Virus record (IMG/VR): IMGVR_UViG_3300021400_000347
Coordinates: 32,001-96,000 of that record
From: a virus
Lineage: Duplodnaviria > Caudoviricetes
Direction: 5' to 3' (one strand)
Length of the DNA stretch: 64,000 bases
Positions 34,601 through 49,014 of this stretch are shown in pieces. A model generated the notes under the pieces. That model ran no database searches. It was not told the DNA's origin and saw nothing but the letters and a program-made list of their open reading frames with translations. A program made the translations under genes and the position numbers. Positions within the stretch are counted from its first letter, which is position 1; the number at the start of each line of letters is the position of its first letter.

Positions 34601-37600
34601 ACCATTTGCGTCAGAAGAACCGCTAGATAATGATGCTATTCCCTAAGCTATTGCTGCATAATTTATAATTTCTAACGCCTATAAATCGGTAAGCATAGTC
34701 GTTAAGGCTGCTGCTACGCCGTCTAATGCGCTAGAATCAACATTTGCTAAAGTTTCAGACAATCCTTTAAAGGCATTTTGTATACCAAAAGTAATTGTGT
34801 TGCTTAGGTTAATATCAATTCCGGCTATGTCACCAACTTGTTTCATAAGTGCAGCTTTAGCTTCTTCCTCAGAACCAGCTGCGAAAGTATATTTATACTC
34901 TCCTAATTGTACTGTAAATGTACCATCGCCGTTATTGGATTCTTCGGTAATAAGCTCATTGATTGCATCTTGGCCACCTTGAACTAGATTTAGCGCCTAC
35001 TATTTTAATTTAGGATCACTCATTGCTTCTTGAGTAACCTTCTTTGAATCTTTTACTCCTTCTTTAGAAAAAGCATATTCAATTTTAGCAGTTTCTCCAA
35101 ATAATTGAAAACGGAATTGTTGTTTAGTTAATCCTTCTTTTAATGTGACACCCTCACCAAAATTTAGTTCTTTATCTTCCAAATAATATTTTTCTTCTGC
35201 TGCTTGCATATCAGAAAGTGAAGTATGTTCATTTCCTTTACTATCAATATATTTATCATTTTCCTCAGTCGATTTTTTTACTTTATATTCATAACCGCTT
35301 TCTAAAGTTTCAGTATGAGTTATTGTACCAGTACGAGAAGACATGGTTTCGTCCATTTCCTCTTGAGTAACCTCAAAACCACGTTCTTTTAAAAACGCGG
35401 CATTGGCTATTGCCTGAGAAGCGACATCATCAAGGTTTTCACTATTGCCAGTGTAAGTTTTTCCATCAATTGTAATAGATACTTTTCCATTAACTAAAGT
35501 AATAGACTCTGTTAACATTAATGCATATGTTAATTCAGCATTACTTAATGTCTATCCACTAGTATATTTTTGAAGAATCGTTTGAGCATCTTGAATAGTA
35601 GTATTATCTCCAGTAGCTTTATTATACGCTTCTATAATTGTTTTAGTAGAAACAGATTGCCAGTCAATAGTGACCATACTTTCGCCAGAAATAATATAAC
35701 TAATATCACCGACATCTAATTGAATTTGACCACTAAAGCCATTCTACCTAAGAATATCTATAACACTTTGCCCAATATTATCTAAATCATAATCTCCTGA
35801 TTTCGCGGCCTCACTAAAAGCACTTAATACAGCCAAATAGGTTTGCTATGTTAGTTCATCAGCATTCTTAAGCTAAGTTTCATCCCAATTAATAATATCA
35901 GCTAAAGAAAGACTACCTATTTTAATACCCTTTAATGCATTCTGCAAATCTTTATTAAAACCTTCGTCTCCTTCACTTAATTTTAACTAATCAATCATTC
36001 TTTGACGCCATTTTTCATAAGACTCCTAAAAAACGATTGCGTCTTTTTCTGTATCAAAAGTAAATAATTCACTTAGCTCGATACCATTACCATCAATATC
36101 AAGATCACCAAGCTCTTGCATTTGAACAATTAATTCGAGCATAGAAATAAGGCCATCTAACATCTTGACCTACGCATTCGCAAGATCATGGATGCCCGCT
36201 TCTACCCCACCATTCATAGCTTCAGCGCCAGTTTTAATACCGAAACCAATCTTAGTTAAATCAACTTTAACTTCACCAGTATCAACTGCTGTTAAAGCAT
36301 TACAACCAGCTTCAATAGCATTCGCTGCAGAAGTCAACTCACCATTTAATGTAAAAGCACCAAACTTAATATCTCGGCCTGTAATACCAGCTAAATTATT
36401 AATTTCATTAACAATATTATACCAATCCTAATAATCAATCATGCCACGTTGAGAACCAGCGGATTTGCTAAATACATCCTAGAATAACTGTACCGCTTGG
36501 CCCCAGTTTTTAGCATAATTTAAAGGATTCTTTTGTCCACCTGGAATATCGCCAGACATGAAATTAAAACTATCATCTTCAGTCGTTGAACGTACAGCGA
36601 GAATTTCTTTCGCTAAATCTAATTCTTGTTGATACTATTCTATTTTTTTCAATGATACTTCCTGATTCTTTTCATTAATATTTTTTAAAGTATCGTCAAT
36701 TAATTTATTTAGCTAAGCAATCCTAGTTAAAATAGAACTTGCTGATTTATAATGAGTATTAGTCTCTTTTAATGAATTATTTAATTCATCAAAAACTAAT
36801 TTTGATTTAATATTATCTACATTTTTTAATGCAGTATAAAGCTAAATAGCAGATTCCTAAGATAACTTTAGTCCTTCCGCGGTCTAAGTAAAATCTAAAT
36901 TAATCCCCTAAGAACTCGCCCAATCTTTTAGACTATTAGCATCTACATTACTTAAAGTTCCTGCTAAACCATTGTTAATTAAATCAACAAGTTTCTATAA
37001 GAAAGAAGACACTGAATCCGCGAGCTCCGCCAGCTCACTGCTAATTAATTTATTTTTATCCTTAGCAAGCATAGCTAACTGAGTAACTATGGTAGGAATA
37101 TTTGCTCCTTCGCTAATTGTTAAAATTCCATTTTCAATTGTCGCGCCAGTACCAAATAACCATGCCTGTATTTCATTTTCAGCCATTCCAAGTGTCTCAG
37201 TTAAATACGTTACATTAATTTTATCGCCGGCTTTAGCTTCTCCAATGGCTTTAATTTCCTCAGTAATTTTTTTACCAACTTTACGATCTAATTCAATTAA
37301 TGAGTCATTATAGGAATTGAAAGCATCTAAAACCGCTTCATTACTTGTATTTCCAAGACCAGGCACCTTACTAGAAAAAGTTTTCCAATCTTTTATACGA
37401 ATTTTTCCATTTCCTAATGATTCAAGACCATATCCAACAGCATCGGCTATAACATCTTCTAACTTTATACCATAGTTTGCTAATAATTGGCCTAAAGTCT
37501 TATAATCCATACCGTCAGCATTACCAAGAGCGTCTATAGCATCAATATTCTTTTGATCAATGGCAGTTAAAAGATCAGCATACGCATCATTAAGTTCAGC

Positions 37601-40600
37601 TGTAGTTGCTATGGCTGCGTCTTCCATAGATTTGTATATCATAGCATAAGCTTCAACCATATTTCCGACAGCTTCCACAACGGCAGTACCATCGCCTAAC
37701 TTCTTTATCTGGAATCCTTTTTCTGTAAGTTTATCAAATATTCTAACTAAATCACCACTAATAATAGATCCAACAGTTACTTCGGCAAGTTGCTCCGCCG
37801 CTGTTTGTAACCTATTAACTCGTGCACGATATACCGCCTCAATTTCATCTGAACTTACATTTTCCGCGCCCTTGATTTTTATTAATTGATCAACAGCGTC
37901 CTAACCACCATTAAGTAACGTCTTAATAATATCTGTATTAAACTCTTCTTGAGCAATTAGAGCCCATTTCTTTAACTGTCTAATTAATGTCTACGCTGCT
38001 TTTCCTTCATTAGAAATATCAGAGCCAGTTATAAATCCAACAATATCAATTTCTTGACCAATCAATTGTTGCGCCTAACTTTGTAAATACTTAGTAATAT
38101 ATTCATTAGAATAACCTAATTTCTCTAGCTATTCGCGTTCGCTATCAATATACAACTATAACATATTATCTCTAATCACATAACTCTAAAGAAGATCGTC
38201 ATAGTAAAATAAATCATTTGTAGAACGAAGTAATGTATCAGAGCTAATTTTATTATAGCGCTAAGTAAACTTCTCCATTTCAGCAACGCTGTTTGTTCCA
38301 GATATACCAAGCTATAAATTACTATTAAAAGCATTTAATGCGGCATCCTAAGCCTCGGCAATACTAGTAGCAACACTATTATAGATTGTATCAGCAGTGT
38401 TTTGAGAAATAATTCCTTTGTTCACGGCGCCTGTCAACTGCTATCTTAATGCACTTGGATCTAGTATTCCTTTGTCTAAAACATCGTTAATAGAAATTCC
38501 AATCGCGGATAATGAAGCATTTAATCCATCATAAAATTCTTGTTGTTCTAAATCAGTAGCACTACCATCAATAATACTATCCCAATTTAATTGACTAATT
38601 TTAGCAATAACAGCAGAAGTAGCATTATTCATTGCTTCATCAATTTCATGCTGTTGTTCTGGTGTTGCTTTTCCGTTTGGACCGACAATTTTATTTGTTA
38701 AATAATCCTAATAGGCATCAAGCTTTAATATATAGGCATCGCCAACTTTAATAAAGAAGCTTTCACTTAAATCATTTAGATTTAATCCACCATTCTCAGC
38801 TAAATTAGCAATATCACTATCTGATAGATTAAGAATGTTATCACTAATTCCGGTCCAAGCAGTTTGCGCGCGATTAATAACTTCTTGTGCAGTTTTCCAA
38901 TTCTTAGCTAAATCTTGTTTAGTCCAGCCGTACTGTTCATATAACTATTTCTCATCTTTAATAGTAGATAAATTTAATATAAAATCAGAAGCCCAATGAG
39001 CATACTCTACAGCATCAGTAATTGTTAAAATACCATTCTCAAGAGTAGCTCCGCTAAGTTCAGCACCTTCTTCTAACTCAAAAGCACTTACATTTAATTG
39101 AGCGAATGGCTCAATTTGACTAAATAAATTATTTGCACTCTTATTTAAATATTCTGTATTGGCTGTAGCATCTTCAATTAAGCCGTCCACATAAGAAGAA
39201 TATGCATTTCTATACTCAAATGTATCTTCAATAGAAGAAAAATCTACTCCATAAGTCTTTGTAAGCACAGACTTAAATACATCCCAATTGGTAATTTTAG
39301 TTTTACCAAACGCATCTGTTTCAACAGCATTCTCTAGCCCTTCCTTCCAAGTACCAGTTCTAGCATCGAATACTTGCGCTAATTCAATATCCAATGCTGT
39401 AAATAGATTATTAAGGCCATCTATACCTAAAGATGCACCATTACTTAATCCCTCAACAATAGCGTTATTATCTTCGTATTTTTTGGTTAGAATTTCAGTA
39501 TAAGCTTTATTTCGTTCGGCATTATTTAATAGCCCATCTTTGGCCGTTTCGTATAAAGTAATTGCTGTATCTACATAATTTGCTGTAGCCGTAGCAGCTG
39601 CTTGTTCCGCGGTCTAAGCCTATTGAACTTGCTGCATTAAAACAACTGTTGGCTCACTATATGCTGTTTCGGTTCCAGCAAGCACTTCCGTAATAGCAGT
39701 AGCAACTTGCTTAGATCTTGCTTGCGTTGTTGAATTGACAGCAGCGGCTTGAGCAGCGGCTTTTGCTTCTTCCGGAGCGTCAGCATATGCCTACTCCAAA
39801 TATTTTTCTCGGACTGACTACCAAGTGTACCCTTCTTCCATACCCAATTCTTTGGCTAACTAATCAATATATTGCTAATTAGCGCCAGTAAAATCAGTGC
39901 CAGTTGCTAAAGCATCCCAGTCAATTGCTGCATAATATTGATTTTTCTTATTTGCTTTTAAATTATTTAAAATTTCTTCGCTTAAATTTAATCCTTTTAA
40001 GCCATCAGCATAATACTATTCTACAAATTCTATAAAATGCGCCCAACTTTGATCTACTTCGTTTCCAAAAGCTGTAAATAAATCATCATATTTACTCTTG
40101 TCTTCATCACTTATCTCAAAAATCTAATAAGCCTGCTCTTTAGTCCATTTTCCAGCAACTTTTGCCCATGCTGTTCTCTAAACTCCAATTTTTCCATTAT
40201 CTTGTATACCAAACTTCTTCGCATAATCATTATATAATTTAGTTGACTATTCAATATGTTCCTATCTATCCGCTATATTTTTATCATATTGTTCCATGGC
40301 TTTTGCCAAGCCTTCTGGTGTATAAACCCACTTCTATAATTTAGCATCAAAATCAAAAGTTTCATCAAAACTTAATTTACTACCCGCCGCGCTGAGCTAT
40401 TCAAATGCTTCAATAGCTTTATCAAAACTAAACCCACTTTTCGCAGAGCTCAATAAACTATCTACTTTTTTCGCGCTTTCTCCAGCCTCTTTTGCTAATT
40501 CATTCGCTAAAGTATTAGTATTTACTACAAGATCTCTAATACTTTGATCAAATAAATCAGTTATTCCTTTTACATCTACTTTATTTTTTTTACCGTATTC

Positions 40601-43600
40601 TTCAACAGCACGTTTTCCTTTTACAACCGAAGCATAATCAGAAAGATCTACATTAGAAATAATACCAAATAATTCATTCTGCTACGTTGATGTAAAATTA
40701 CTTAAACCATCTAATAATTGTGTTAAAATATTTAATCTATGCTAAGCAACATTTTCATAACCATTTTCTGCCAAACCATTAATTTTTAATAGTTCATCTT
40801 TTACGAAGTCACCATATTTAGATATTATTTGATCATTTTGAAAAAGTTGTCCAATCTCTTTTACCTGATCGCTATTATTCTGCATTAATGATTTAAGTGC
40901 TTGATCATTTAATATCCCCTTATCAATATCTGTCCATATTAATTCTAATACTTTCTTTTTTTGTGTTGCAATACTTTCTTTCCATTGCGCTTCTAATGCA
41001 GGTTTAATATATTCAGTCTCATCACCGGTTAAACCTAATTTAGTAATAATATCTTCTACATTCGTATATTCCGTAAAATTTAAATTCTCTAATAACGTTT
41101 TCTAAGAATCAGTTAATTTAGAATACCAAGCAATAAACTCATTAGACCATTTACCTATTGTATCATTGTATTCTTCAGGAGCTTTTTGAGCCCACTCTGA
41201 TACACTGTCATAATCCTCATTATTATAAGCACCATTCTATAAAACATGCTTAAATAACGAACTATATGAATTATTCTTCTATAAACGAGCTCTCTAATCT
41301 GTACTTAAAGATGACGATAAATTTGCATTTTCATATAATGCAATCTAACTAATTACAATATCATCTTGTAAACTTAATGCATCCATTAACTATTGATTTT
41401 CAGCTAATTTACCTTCAACAATTTTTTTAGCCTACTTTATATCAGATTCAGAAATTTTTTCTGTTTTATTTGGCTTTTTTAATAAATCATAAATGTCATT
41501 AGCATTATCAAATAAATCAGGAAATTCATGTAAAATTGAATTAATCTAATCTAATGAGTATGACCATTCTACAGGTTCTGCACCGAGATCATTCATCCTA
41601 AGTACATCTTCTTTATACTTTGTCCAATCAATATCTTTAGCAGACTATCCTGAACTAGGCGCCTCATAAGCATCTGATTCTATAAATTCTATAGTTTTTA
41701 TAATTTCATCCCAAGTAAGAGGTTGCTCGTCATAATCTCTGGTTTCACTTTCTTCTGGATGCTTCTACATATAAGCATCAAGTAATGCCTGATCATAAAG
41801 AATTTGATTTGTCTAATCTCTATCTCTTTTAGAAGATATAACATATTGAACGCGACCGTCGTTTTGTACTGCACGAGTAGTATAACTAGCACCGTAGGTA
41901 GATATAACACCAGTCCCAATATTGCCATTGCCAGCTTTTTCTTGTTTGTCTATCGCTCCTCTAGCTTTCAATAAGGCTTCTCGCTCTTTCTATCTTAATT
42001 GTAGTTCTTTTTCTATAGCCTATCTAGCACTTCTGGCACCATCTAACCGTGCCTATGCCAAAGCTTCTTCAGCTTTCTATAAATCAATTATAGCATTACC
42101 AGCTTCATCATATGAACCAATCAGACTAGGATATTCCTCTGCCATCGCTGCCATTGCATCTTTATAATTCTTCATATCTTCTTCAGAATTATACATAACT
42201 TTTTGCAGAGCTTTTAAATTTTCAATAGAAGAATCTAGACCAGTAACTTTAGCTTGTTTTTTTAAACTTTCGTTCTTCGCTTCTTCTGTTTCGTCCCTCA
42301 GCATATCAATCTATTCTGATAGCTTAACTTCCAATCCATCAAGAATTGCACCTAGGCCACCTATTAAGAAGCCACCAATTGCACCTGCTGCCATACCCCA
42401 AGGGCCCAATGCGCTTAATGCCATTGCTCCAGTACCAGCCATAGAAAAACCATTGCCAATACCAGTTAATATTTTAGATTTTTCATGCTTATCTGAACTT
42501 TTATCTTTCGTAGAAGCTCCTACCGCGGCAATAATAGGACCGGCAATATTAGCTACCATAGCTCCAATTCCTAAACCAGTAGCCCATTTCTCTGACGCGC
42601 TCTTTCCTTGTCCTCCTGCTCCGGCTCCTTTCGCGCCTGCTGCCTTTGAAGAACTGTTCGCTTCTGCTTCATCTGCTGCTGCCGCTTTTAAGGATGCTTG
42701 CGCTTCAGCATCATTAGCGTTTTTCTTATTATATTCAGAATTTGCACTAATACGATTGCTATTAGCTAATACTTCATTGGACTATGCTACCCCATACGCT
42801 GTGCTTGCTTCTTGCTACTTTGCCTATGCACTTGCTACTGCCGCATTGGCCTCTTCTAATCTTGCTCGTGCTGTAATTGCTTTATCCGCTAATAATTCAG
42901 CATCTCCCTAACGATTTGCTAATGCATGGGCTGCTGCCGCCTAAGCCGCATCATAAGATGCCTACGCCTCCGCCGCTTCGGCCTGAGCACTTCGAACAGC
43001 AGCATTCGCGGCTTCAAGATTTGAAGTCGCAGCCCTGCCTGCAGAACTCTCTAAATCAGTAAGCCCCATTCCTAAAGTTCGAACCGGGCCAGTAGCATCA
43101 TTCAAATTCTCAGAAAAAGTACTTGTTGCCGCAGAGAAGTCTGCTAGCATTTCGTCCATAATACCGCCAAATGAAGTCTCAGTATCAATATCTAAAGACT
43201 CCATAAAAGACTTGCGACCAGATTCATCACCCAACTTTCCTAAACCATTGACCAACGCAGTATTGGCATCCTCATCTGACATACCAGTCATTCTTAGCAT
43301 ACCAACGAGTGCGCCTTTATTACCCGCGTTATCCGCAAGTGCCTATGAAGCAGTATTTGGTAAGGTCTAATCATCTGTTTTCACATGGACTTCTTTAGTT
43401 ATCGGCTCTGCTGCTTTGTTATTCAATTCTTCAACTTTCTTTAATGCTTTATCTGTATTTACATCAACTTGTTTCTTATTATTCCGCAGTTCTCGTATTC
43501 TATCCATAGCTTTGGATAAATACTAAACACCGCTCTTCAAACCTTTACCAAAACCAAAGATACTCATTAAAGAAGGAAGCAGCCCCTTCAATACTCCTAG

Positions 43601-46150
43601 TTTTCCAACTGTTTTTAAAATATTAGTAAAAAAGTCATAAACGCCTTTTAAAGCATCTTCAATATGAAAACTTAAATACAGCTATGACCAAGCATTTTTT
43701 AATTGCTATGTTTTAGTCTCTAAAGAATCCATTGTTTTTGCTACTTGTACGATGCTGGCATTTTCAGAGTTGTTAGCAGTATCCATAGCTCTTGATAGCT
43801 CTTCATAGTTAGATACCAAAGCAATAAAACGAGATTGCTGTCTGTTACCAGCCATAACTGTAGCGATATAACGCTATGTATTTTTATCTAATGTATTCCA
43901 TTTCTATGCCAACTCCATAATGACGTCATCAAAATTACGGAATTGACCAGACGCATCTTTAATAGAAATACCAACTGACTTTAATGCTTCATCAGTTTTA
44001 TTATAAGATACTTCTTCTCCTTCAACATTCATCAATGAATCAGGAGAGGCTTTCATTTCACCATATCTTGAAATAATAGACTTCAACGCGCTACCAATGT
44101 TCTATGCAGACTCTCGTGTGGTTTGCTCCATAACGCTGATAAATGCAGATGTACTCTGTAGAGTCATGCCTACAGAAGCAGCAGACGAAGCTGTTTTTTC
44201 CATAGCGTTAGCGATTTCAGCAGAGCTTACAGCAAACTTTGCTGCCAAAGCACTATATGTGTCCGTGACTTGCTGTGCGTCTGTCATCTCAATCTTAAAC
44301 GCACGCACAGCTACTGTCATAGCATTAGCGGCTGATGAATAATCAATACCAGCAATCTTTGCCATCTTTAAAGTCTCTGCAGTCAGTGACATTACCTATG
44401 CAGTTTGTAGACCTTGCTGATAGAAAATCTATGATACTGTATATACATCTTTAGTAGCAACACCGTACTACTAAGCCATGTTTGTATATTCGCCAATTTT
44501 ATCCCATAAATCAGATTGAGACATATTAGTAACTACGGCGATAGCTGTAATAGTCTTATCCAATTCTTTTACTTCGCCAATCATATTACGAATAGCGCTG
44601 GTAGCTTTATTAATCAAGGCATAGGCACCAAACCATCTTTGAACAAAACCAGACATGCTATTTAATGTCTGAGTCTACTTGCTCATACCTTGTAATTCAT
44701 TTTTAGCTTTATTAGCATCCTTTTCAGTCTCTTCTAGATTTTTATTTAATTGCTCTACCTAATTAACACCAATTGACTATACTTCCTATTGAATAGGCTG
44801 AGCAGCATTAGCCAACTAGCGCTTCTAATCGTTTAAAGACTGCTACGTTGTAGTAATCTCTTGCTGATGAGAGCTAGTCATCGTAGCAAACTGAGCTGAC
44901 GCGCTTCTTACGGTTTCACGTTTTTCCTTCGCTTTTTCTAGCGATCCAGATATCTCTGTAGCATTTTCAGAAGCCTCTTCAATTTTACTTGCTAAACTAG
45001 CTTGCCCTTCTTCAGCAGCTTTTTTAGCTCTTTCATAAATCTACTTAATAATTTCTGCAAGCTTATCGAGATCTCCGCTAGAATAAGCAGTAGTTATTTC
45101 ATCTAACTCTTTCTTTGTTGCTTCAGGAGAAATTAGCTCCATTAATCTATTATATGTTCGCTCAGTATCTCCTAAAATAAAATTAGACATCTACCGTGCG
45201 GAAGTATTTCGATTAAATCCTAAAGCGTCGCCTAAAAGCTTACTTTTATTTAAATGTAAACTACGCCCTGTCTTTCCAGTAGCGATAGAGAAAATTTCTG
45301 TAATCTATTGCTCAAAATCAGAAGCTAACTATCCTTTATCATCTAAAGTAAAGGCAGTTCTAATTCTATTCTTTAGATCTTCCGCAGCCTGCTATAAAGC
45401 AGGATTATCTCCAAGCCCTTTAGTTGCCTCAGTAATATTCTAAATTAAAGTATCGGCAACCTGCTGCGCGCGCTCCTCTGATGGCTTTAAACCTTCTAAT
45501 AAACCATCTAAGCCTCCGCCTTTTTCAACAATAGCAGGTGTTTTCATCTCACTTTGCTGTTGTTGTAAATCAGCGAGCGTCTACTAAGCTTGGCGTAATT
45601 TCTCTTCATATCCCTGAACCTCATTAGTCGCACTCTGGAACATATTTCCAAGTTTTGTTCCAGCCGCGGAAACACTGAGTGTTTGAATATTTAATCCTAA
45701 ACTTTCTAGCGTAGAAGAAAATTCAGCAAAATCACCCTTAGATAGTAGATCAGATAGTTTCATACCTTTGAGCTAAGTCAAATGTTGCTGAGTAGCTTCA
45801 ATAGATGCCTATAGCTAATCTGTCTATTGACGTATACTATCTAAATTAATATCTTTTATTGAAACGCCACTAAGAGTTTGACCAATACTTACTCCTAAGC
45901 TGTCAATTTTCTCCAGCGCGGTCATAAATTTCTAAAGTTCACCTTCAGAATAAAAGCTAGGTGTGCTGTCTTTACTCATAGACGCTACTTTACGCTTATA
46001 TTCTTCTAGCATTCTGCCTAAAGATTTACCAATAGAACTACTCGGGTCAATATTCCCCATAGCCTTCTAAAAATCTTTTATGCTATTCTACCAACCAGTT
46101 ATTCGCGCATTAATGTCCATAGTAATAGAGTTTCCACTTGAACCACTCAT
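31682..46150 (-). CDS. Tape measure protein, ~4822 aa, dense with TAG
   Basis: Twelve ORF-track fragments are all in frame with the ATG at 46150. TMP core motifs (TTRESA(Q)NIGSALKSIISRY, AGNRQQSRFIALV), hydrophobic Gly/Ala segment near 42.4 kb, GELGPE. Not every codon was checked for TAA/TGA. Confidence 0.85.
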
Positions 46151-46183
46151 GATTACCACCTCTCCATTTACTCATTTTACCTA

Positions 46184-46221
46184 TAAAAAAAAGGGCCATT
46201 TCCTGTTTAAGGAAATGGCTC
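46184..46221 (-). terminator. Rho-independent terminator upstream of tape measure gene
   Basis: GAGCCATTTCCT-loop-AGGAAATGGCCC followed by T8 on the minus strand. Confidence 0.7.
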
Positions 46222-47170
46222 AAAAGTCCTCGTCTTCAACCTAGTCAAGACGAGTGATCTCCAAAATCATATCTCTCTTCCCAGTTTCATTAACTGGTAA
46301 TCCAAGAATATTAAACACAGATACCGTAGGATTAGCCTTTTCCCCCAAGCGCAAGTTAATATCGCTCAAAATTCTAACTTTTGGCATATACAACAAATTA
46401 ATGTAATTCTTGCCATCGTTCTCATCCTTGGAGTAGAACTTACCCTCAAGGGTGAATAATCCATTAAATCTATCGCGCGAAAGCGTGTATACTAACGGAG
46501 CTTCGGCTCCCTAACGGCTTTCTTTGCTATATTTATAGTAGTAATCTGCTACGCAATATTCATAATTATCTTCTAATAGCGAAGTTAAATTTTTATCATT
46601 ATATAATACAAGTAATGTCTCTGTCTCATCATGCGCGTTAGTTACAAATTTGCCATATAACTTAACCTAGATATTATCACGCGCGAAAGCCAAAAGAAAG
46701 ACCTTGTACTATGGAAGCCTAATTTCTGGCTAATGAGATAGCTAAATAAAATTAAAATATTCTTCCGGTTCATTCTTGCTCTCTGTGTAATCCCTTAAGG
46801 TACACATTGACTTCTAAATAATTAGCTATTCATGATGTGGAAGTAATAAATAATCATCTTCCTTCGCTGTCTCACAGTGAGAGACGGCGTTCGCGCTTAA
46901 TAAAATACTCATCCCTACTGATGACATAACTCCTTCCTATAAAGTGAAAGTAACATCATCGCGGCTGTCCCAGACAACACGAGGCCGGTTTTCCCAACCT
47001 CCGCGCGCGGAAACCAATGAATTTCTCTCATTAAGCGTAGACATACTTACATTCTCAAAATATAAAATAGGCTCTCCTGCTTCCACTCGCCGCGAACCAA
47101 ACCACATATCGGTTCGCGCGCGAAGGGTAACCTGCGAAAGTTCTTTTAATCCAAAATACTAATTAAGCAT
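46220..47170 (-). CDS. Second tail-tube-like protein (paralogue), at least 8 TAG; absent from ORF track
   Basis: FGLKELSQV...LYFENVSMST...ARGGWENRPRVVWD aligns by eye with YGIKEVANV...LFLDTLKVST...ATGGWGNPKLVSWD of the upstream gene. Confidence 0.75.
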
Positions 47171-47182
47171 TTCGCATCACCT

Positions 47183-47225
47183 AAAAAAATAAAGGGGCAG
47201 CAGCTTAATGCTGCTGCCCTTTATT
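47183..47225 (-). terminator. Terminator after major tail gene
   Basis: GGGCAGCAGC-loop-GCTGCTGCCC followed by a T-run on the minus strand. Confidence 0.8.
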
Positions 47226-47232
47226 GATTAAC

Positions 47233-48210
47233 TTATAGTGAGCCAGAACCTACGGAACCGTGGTCATCCTCACTAGTGCTGCCGCTGCTGCTAGCAATAG
47301 CATAACGGACTAGCTTCATCATTTCATTCTCGCCGCGCTCATTAGTGCCGCGTAGAACGTTTAGAGTCATCTCGAAGGTTGAAGGATCGCCCTCAGCCTC
47401 TAGAGTGATGGTTACCTCGCTGGTTACCTTGGCCTTATTAATTACGAACTGGAAGGGCTCGTCCTTACCAGTCTCAGCAGAACGCATGAATGTATCGCCT
47501 ACTACCTTGTAAGTGCCAGGGAAGGTATCAGGAGAAATAGTTACTTCAATAGCAGTCTCAGAACCAGTCTCGTTTTCAATAACCTCTTCCCAGAAAATAC
47601 GAACATGGTCGCCAGCCTTGGTCTCTACTGCGGCTGGAGAACTAGAATTTTGAGAATCCATACCAATTAGAGCAGGATTTACGAAATTAATTTTCTTAGT
47701 ACCATCTAGAGTTACGTCTGCATTGCTATTCTTCTCAAAAGTTAACTGAGTGCGAGCACCGGTAGTTAAATTAATGAGACGAATAGGATGACCCTTCTTA
47801 GCGACTGGATGTAATTCTACACCAGTTAAATGGTCCTTTGGTAGAGGTAGAAGACCATTAGCGTCACATACAACTTCCTCAGTATGACGAACAATTACAG
47901 GCTCCTTAGCACTAGCCTTATGAATAGCGCCACCAAGCATAAACCGTAGAGACTCGAGAGAAATTAGAGCGTCCTCTAGAGTGATGGTAATCTCCTTACC
48001 ATAGTCCCAAGATACTAGCTTAGGATTGCCCCAACCACCAGTAGCGTCAGTGGTTTCAGCAGTAGTTTCAATAGTAGATACCTTTAGAGTATCAAGGAAT
48101 AGCACGATGTCGCCCTTGTACACACCAGCCTTTAGATCGTCGTCTAGAGCCTCAAAATATACGTTGGCAACCTCTTTAATGCCATATTTATCAAAAATAT
48201 TTACAGCCAT
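47233..48210 (-). CDS. Major tail tube protein
   Basis: Position before the TMP, AAGGAGGT RBS, high-expression codon usage, ITLEAEGDPSTF motif, no TAG. Confidence 0.75.
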   Translation of the reverse strand: MAVNIFDKYGIKEVANVYFEALDDDLKAGVYKGDIVLFLDTLKVSTIETTAETTDATGGWGNPKLVSWDYGKEITITLEDALISLESLRFMLGGAIHKASAKEPVIVRHTEEVVCDANGLLPLPKDHLTGVELHPVAKKGHPIRLINLTTGARTQLTFEKNSNADVTLDGTKKINFVNPALIGMDSQNSSSPAAVETKAGDHVRIFWEEVIENETGSETAIEVTISPDTFPGTYKVVGDTFMRSAETGKDEPFQFVINKAKVTSEVTITLEAEGDPSTFEMTLNVLRGTNERGENEMMKLVRYAIASSSGSTSEDDHGSVGSGSL

Positions 48211-48243
48211 GTTGAGTTACCTCCTTTTATAAAACATGTTTTA

Positions 48244-49014
48244 TTAGTCAGAACTAGCAATGGAGCGCATCCAATGCTTAAGCTGTTCTTTCTTAATCTT
48301 TGCGCCGGCCATGGCAGCCCTATTATTTAGGTCAAACTAATCTCGCCATCCCATGCGCGTTATCTAATCTTGAAAGGCGTAATAGGTAATATCCCAAATA
48401 TTTGCCATATTTAATCCGCAATTATTAATAGTGATACTTCCTAATAAATCAGAAAATTTTAAACCGCTTTTATCGCGTTCAGCCTTCTTCGCCTTTGCTC
48501 TGCGTACCTTTTCACGATTAGCTTTCATCTGCATTTTCAACCTTTTAACTGCAGGTGAATCGTCAGGATTTATTATAATTTCATCGGCATCGCGGTCCAT
48601 AAAACACATTTTCCGCAGGATACGCTGAAATTCAATAAATTTACTTTCATCCATAATGTGTTTTTCTTCCACTGGCCCAACGACAATCTGCGCAGGTTCC
48701 AAAGAAAAATTTATATCCTCATGAATGAAAAATCTAAATGCTTTCTTTGCTAATAGATTAGTTGGGGCATCCATACTAGTCATCAGCAAGAAATACTAAA
48801 AATCTGTAATTTTTTCTAATAACTGTTCCATCTCTTCATTTTTGCCTGTTGGCGCAGGCTTTTCTGCGGTCAATAGTGAAAGATAGATTTGAAAATTATC
48901 ATAACCTTCTGATACAATTTGACCAAGCTTTGGAGAGTAAATCGCGCAGATGTCATAAAATAAAATTGGTGCCCCAGATAAAAACTTTAAAGTTTCATTA
49001 TCAGTTAAATTCAT
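48244..49014 (-). CDS. Tail-region protein (possible assembly chaperone), TAG-containing
   Basis: ORFs 48796-49044 and 48364-48789 join in frame. Ends TAA at 48244. Confidence 0.65.

Noticed and set aside
30251-48628. Plus-strand ORFs opposite the tail genes
   Set aside because: Antisense shadows of the recoded minus-strand genes.
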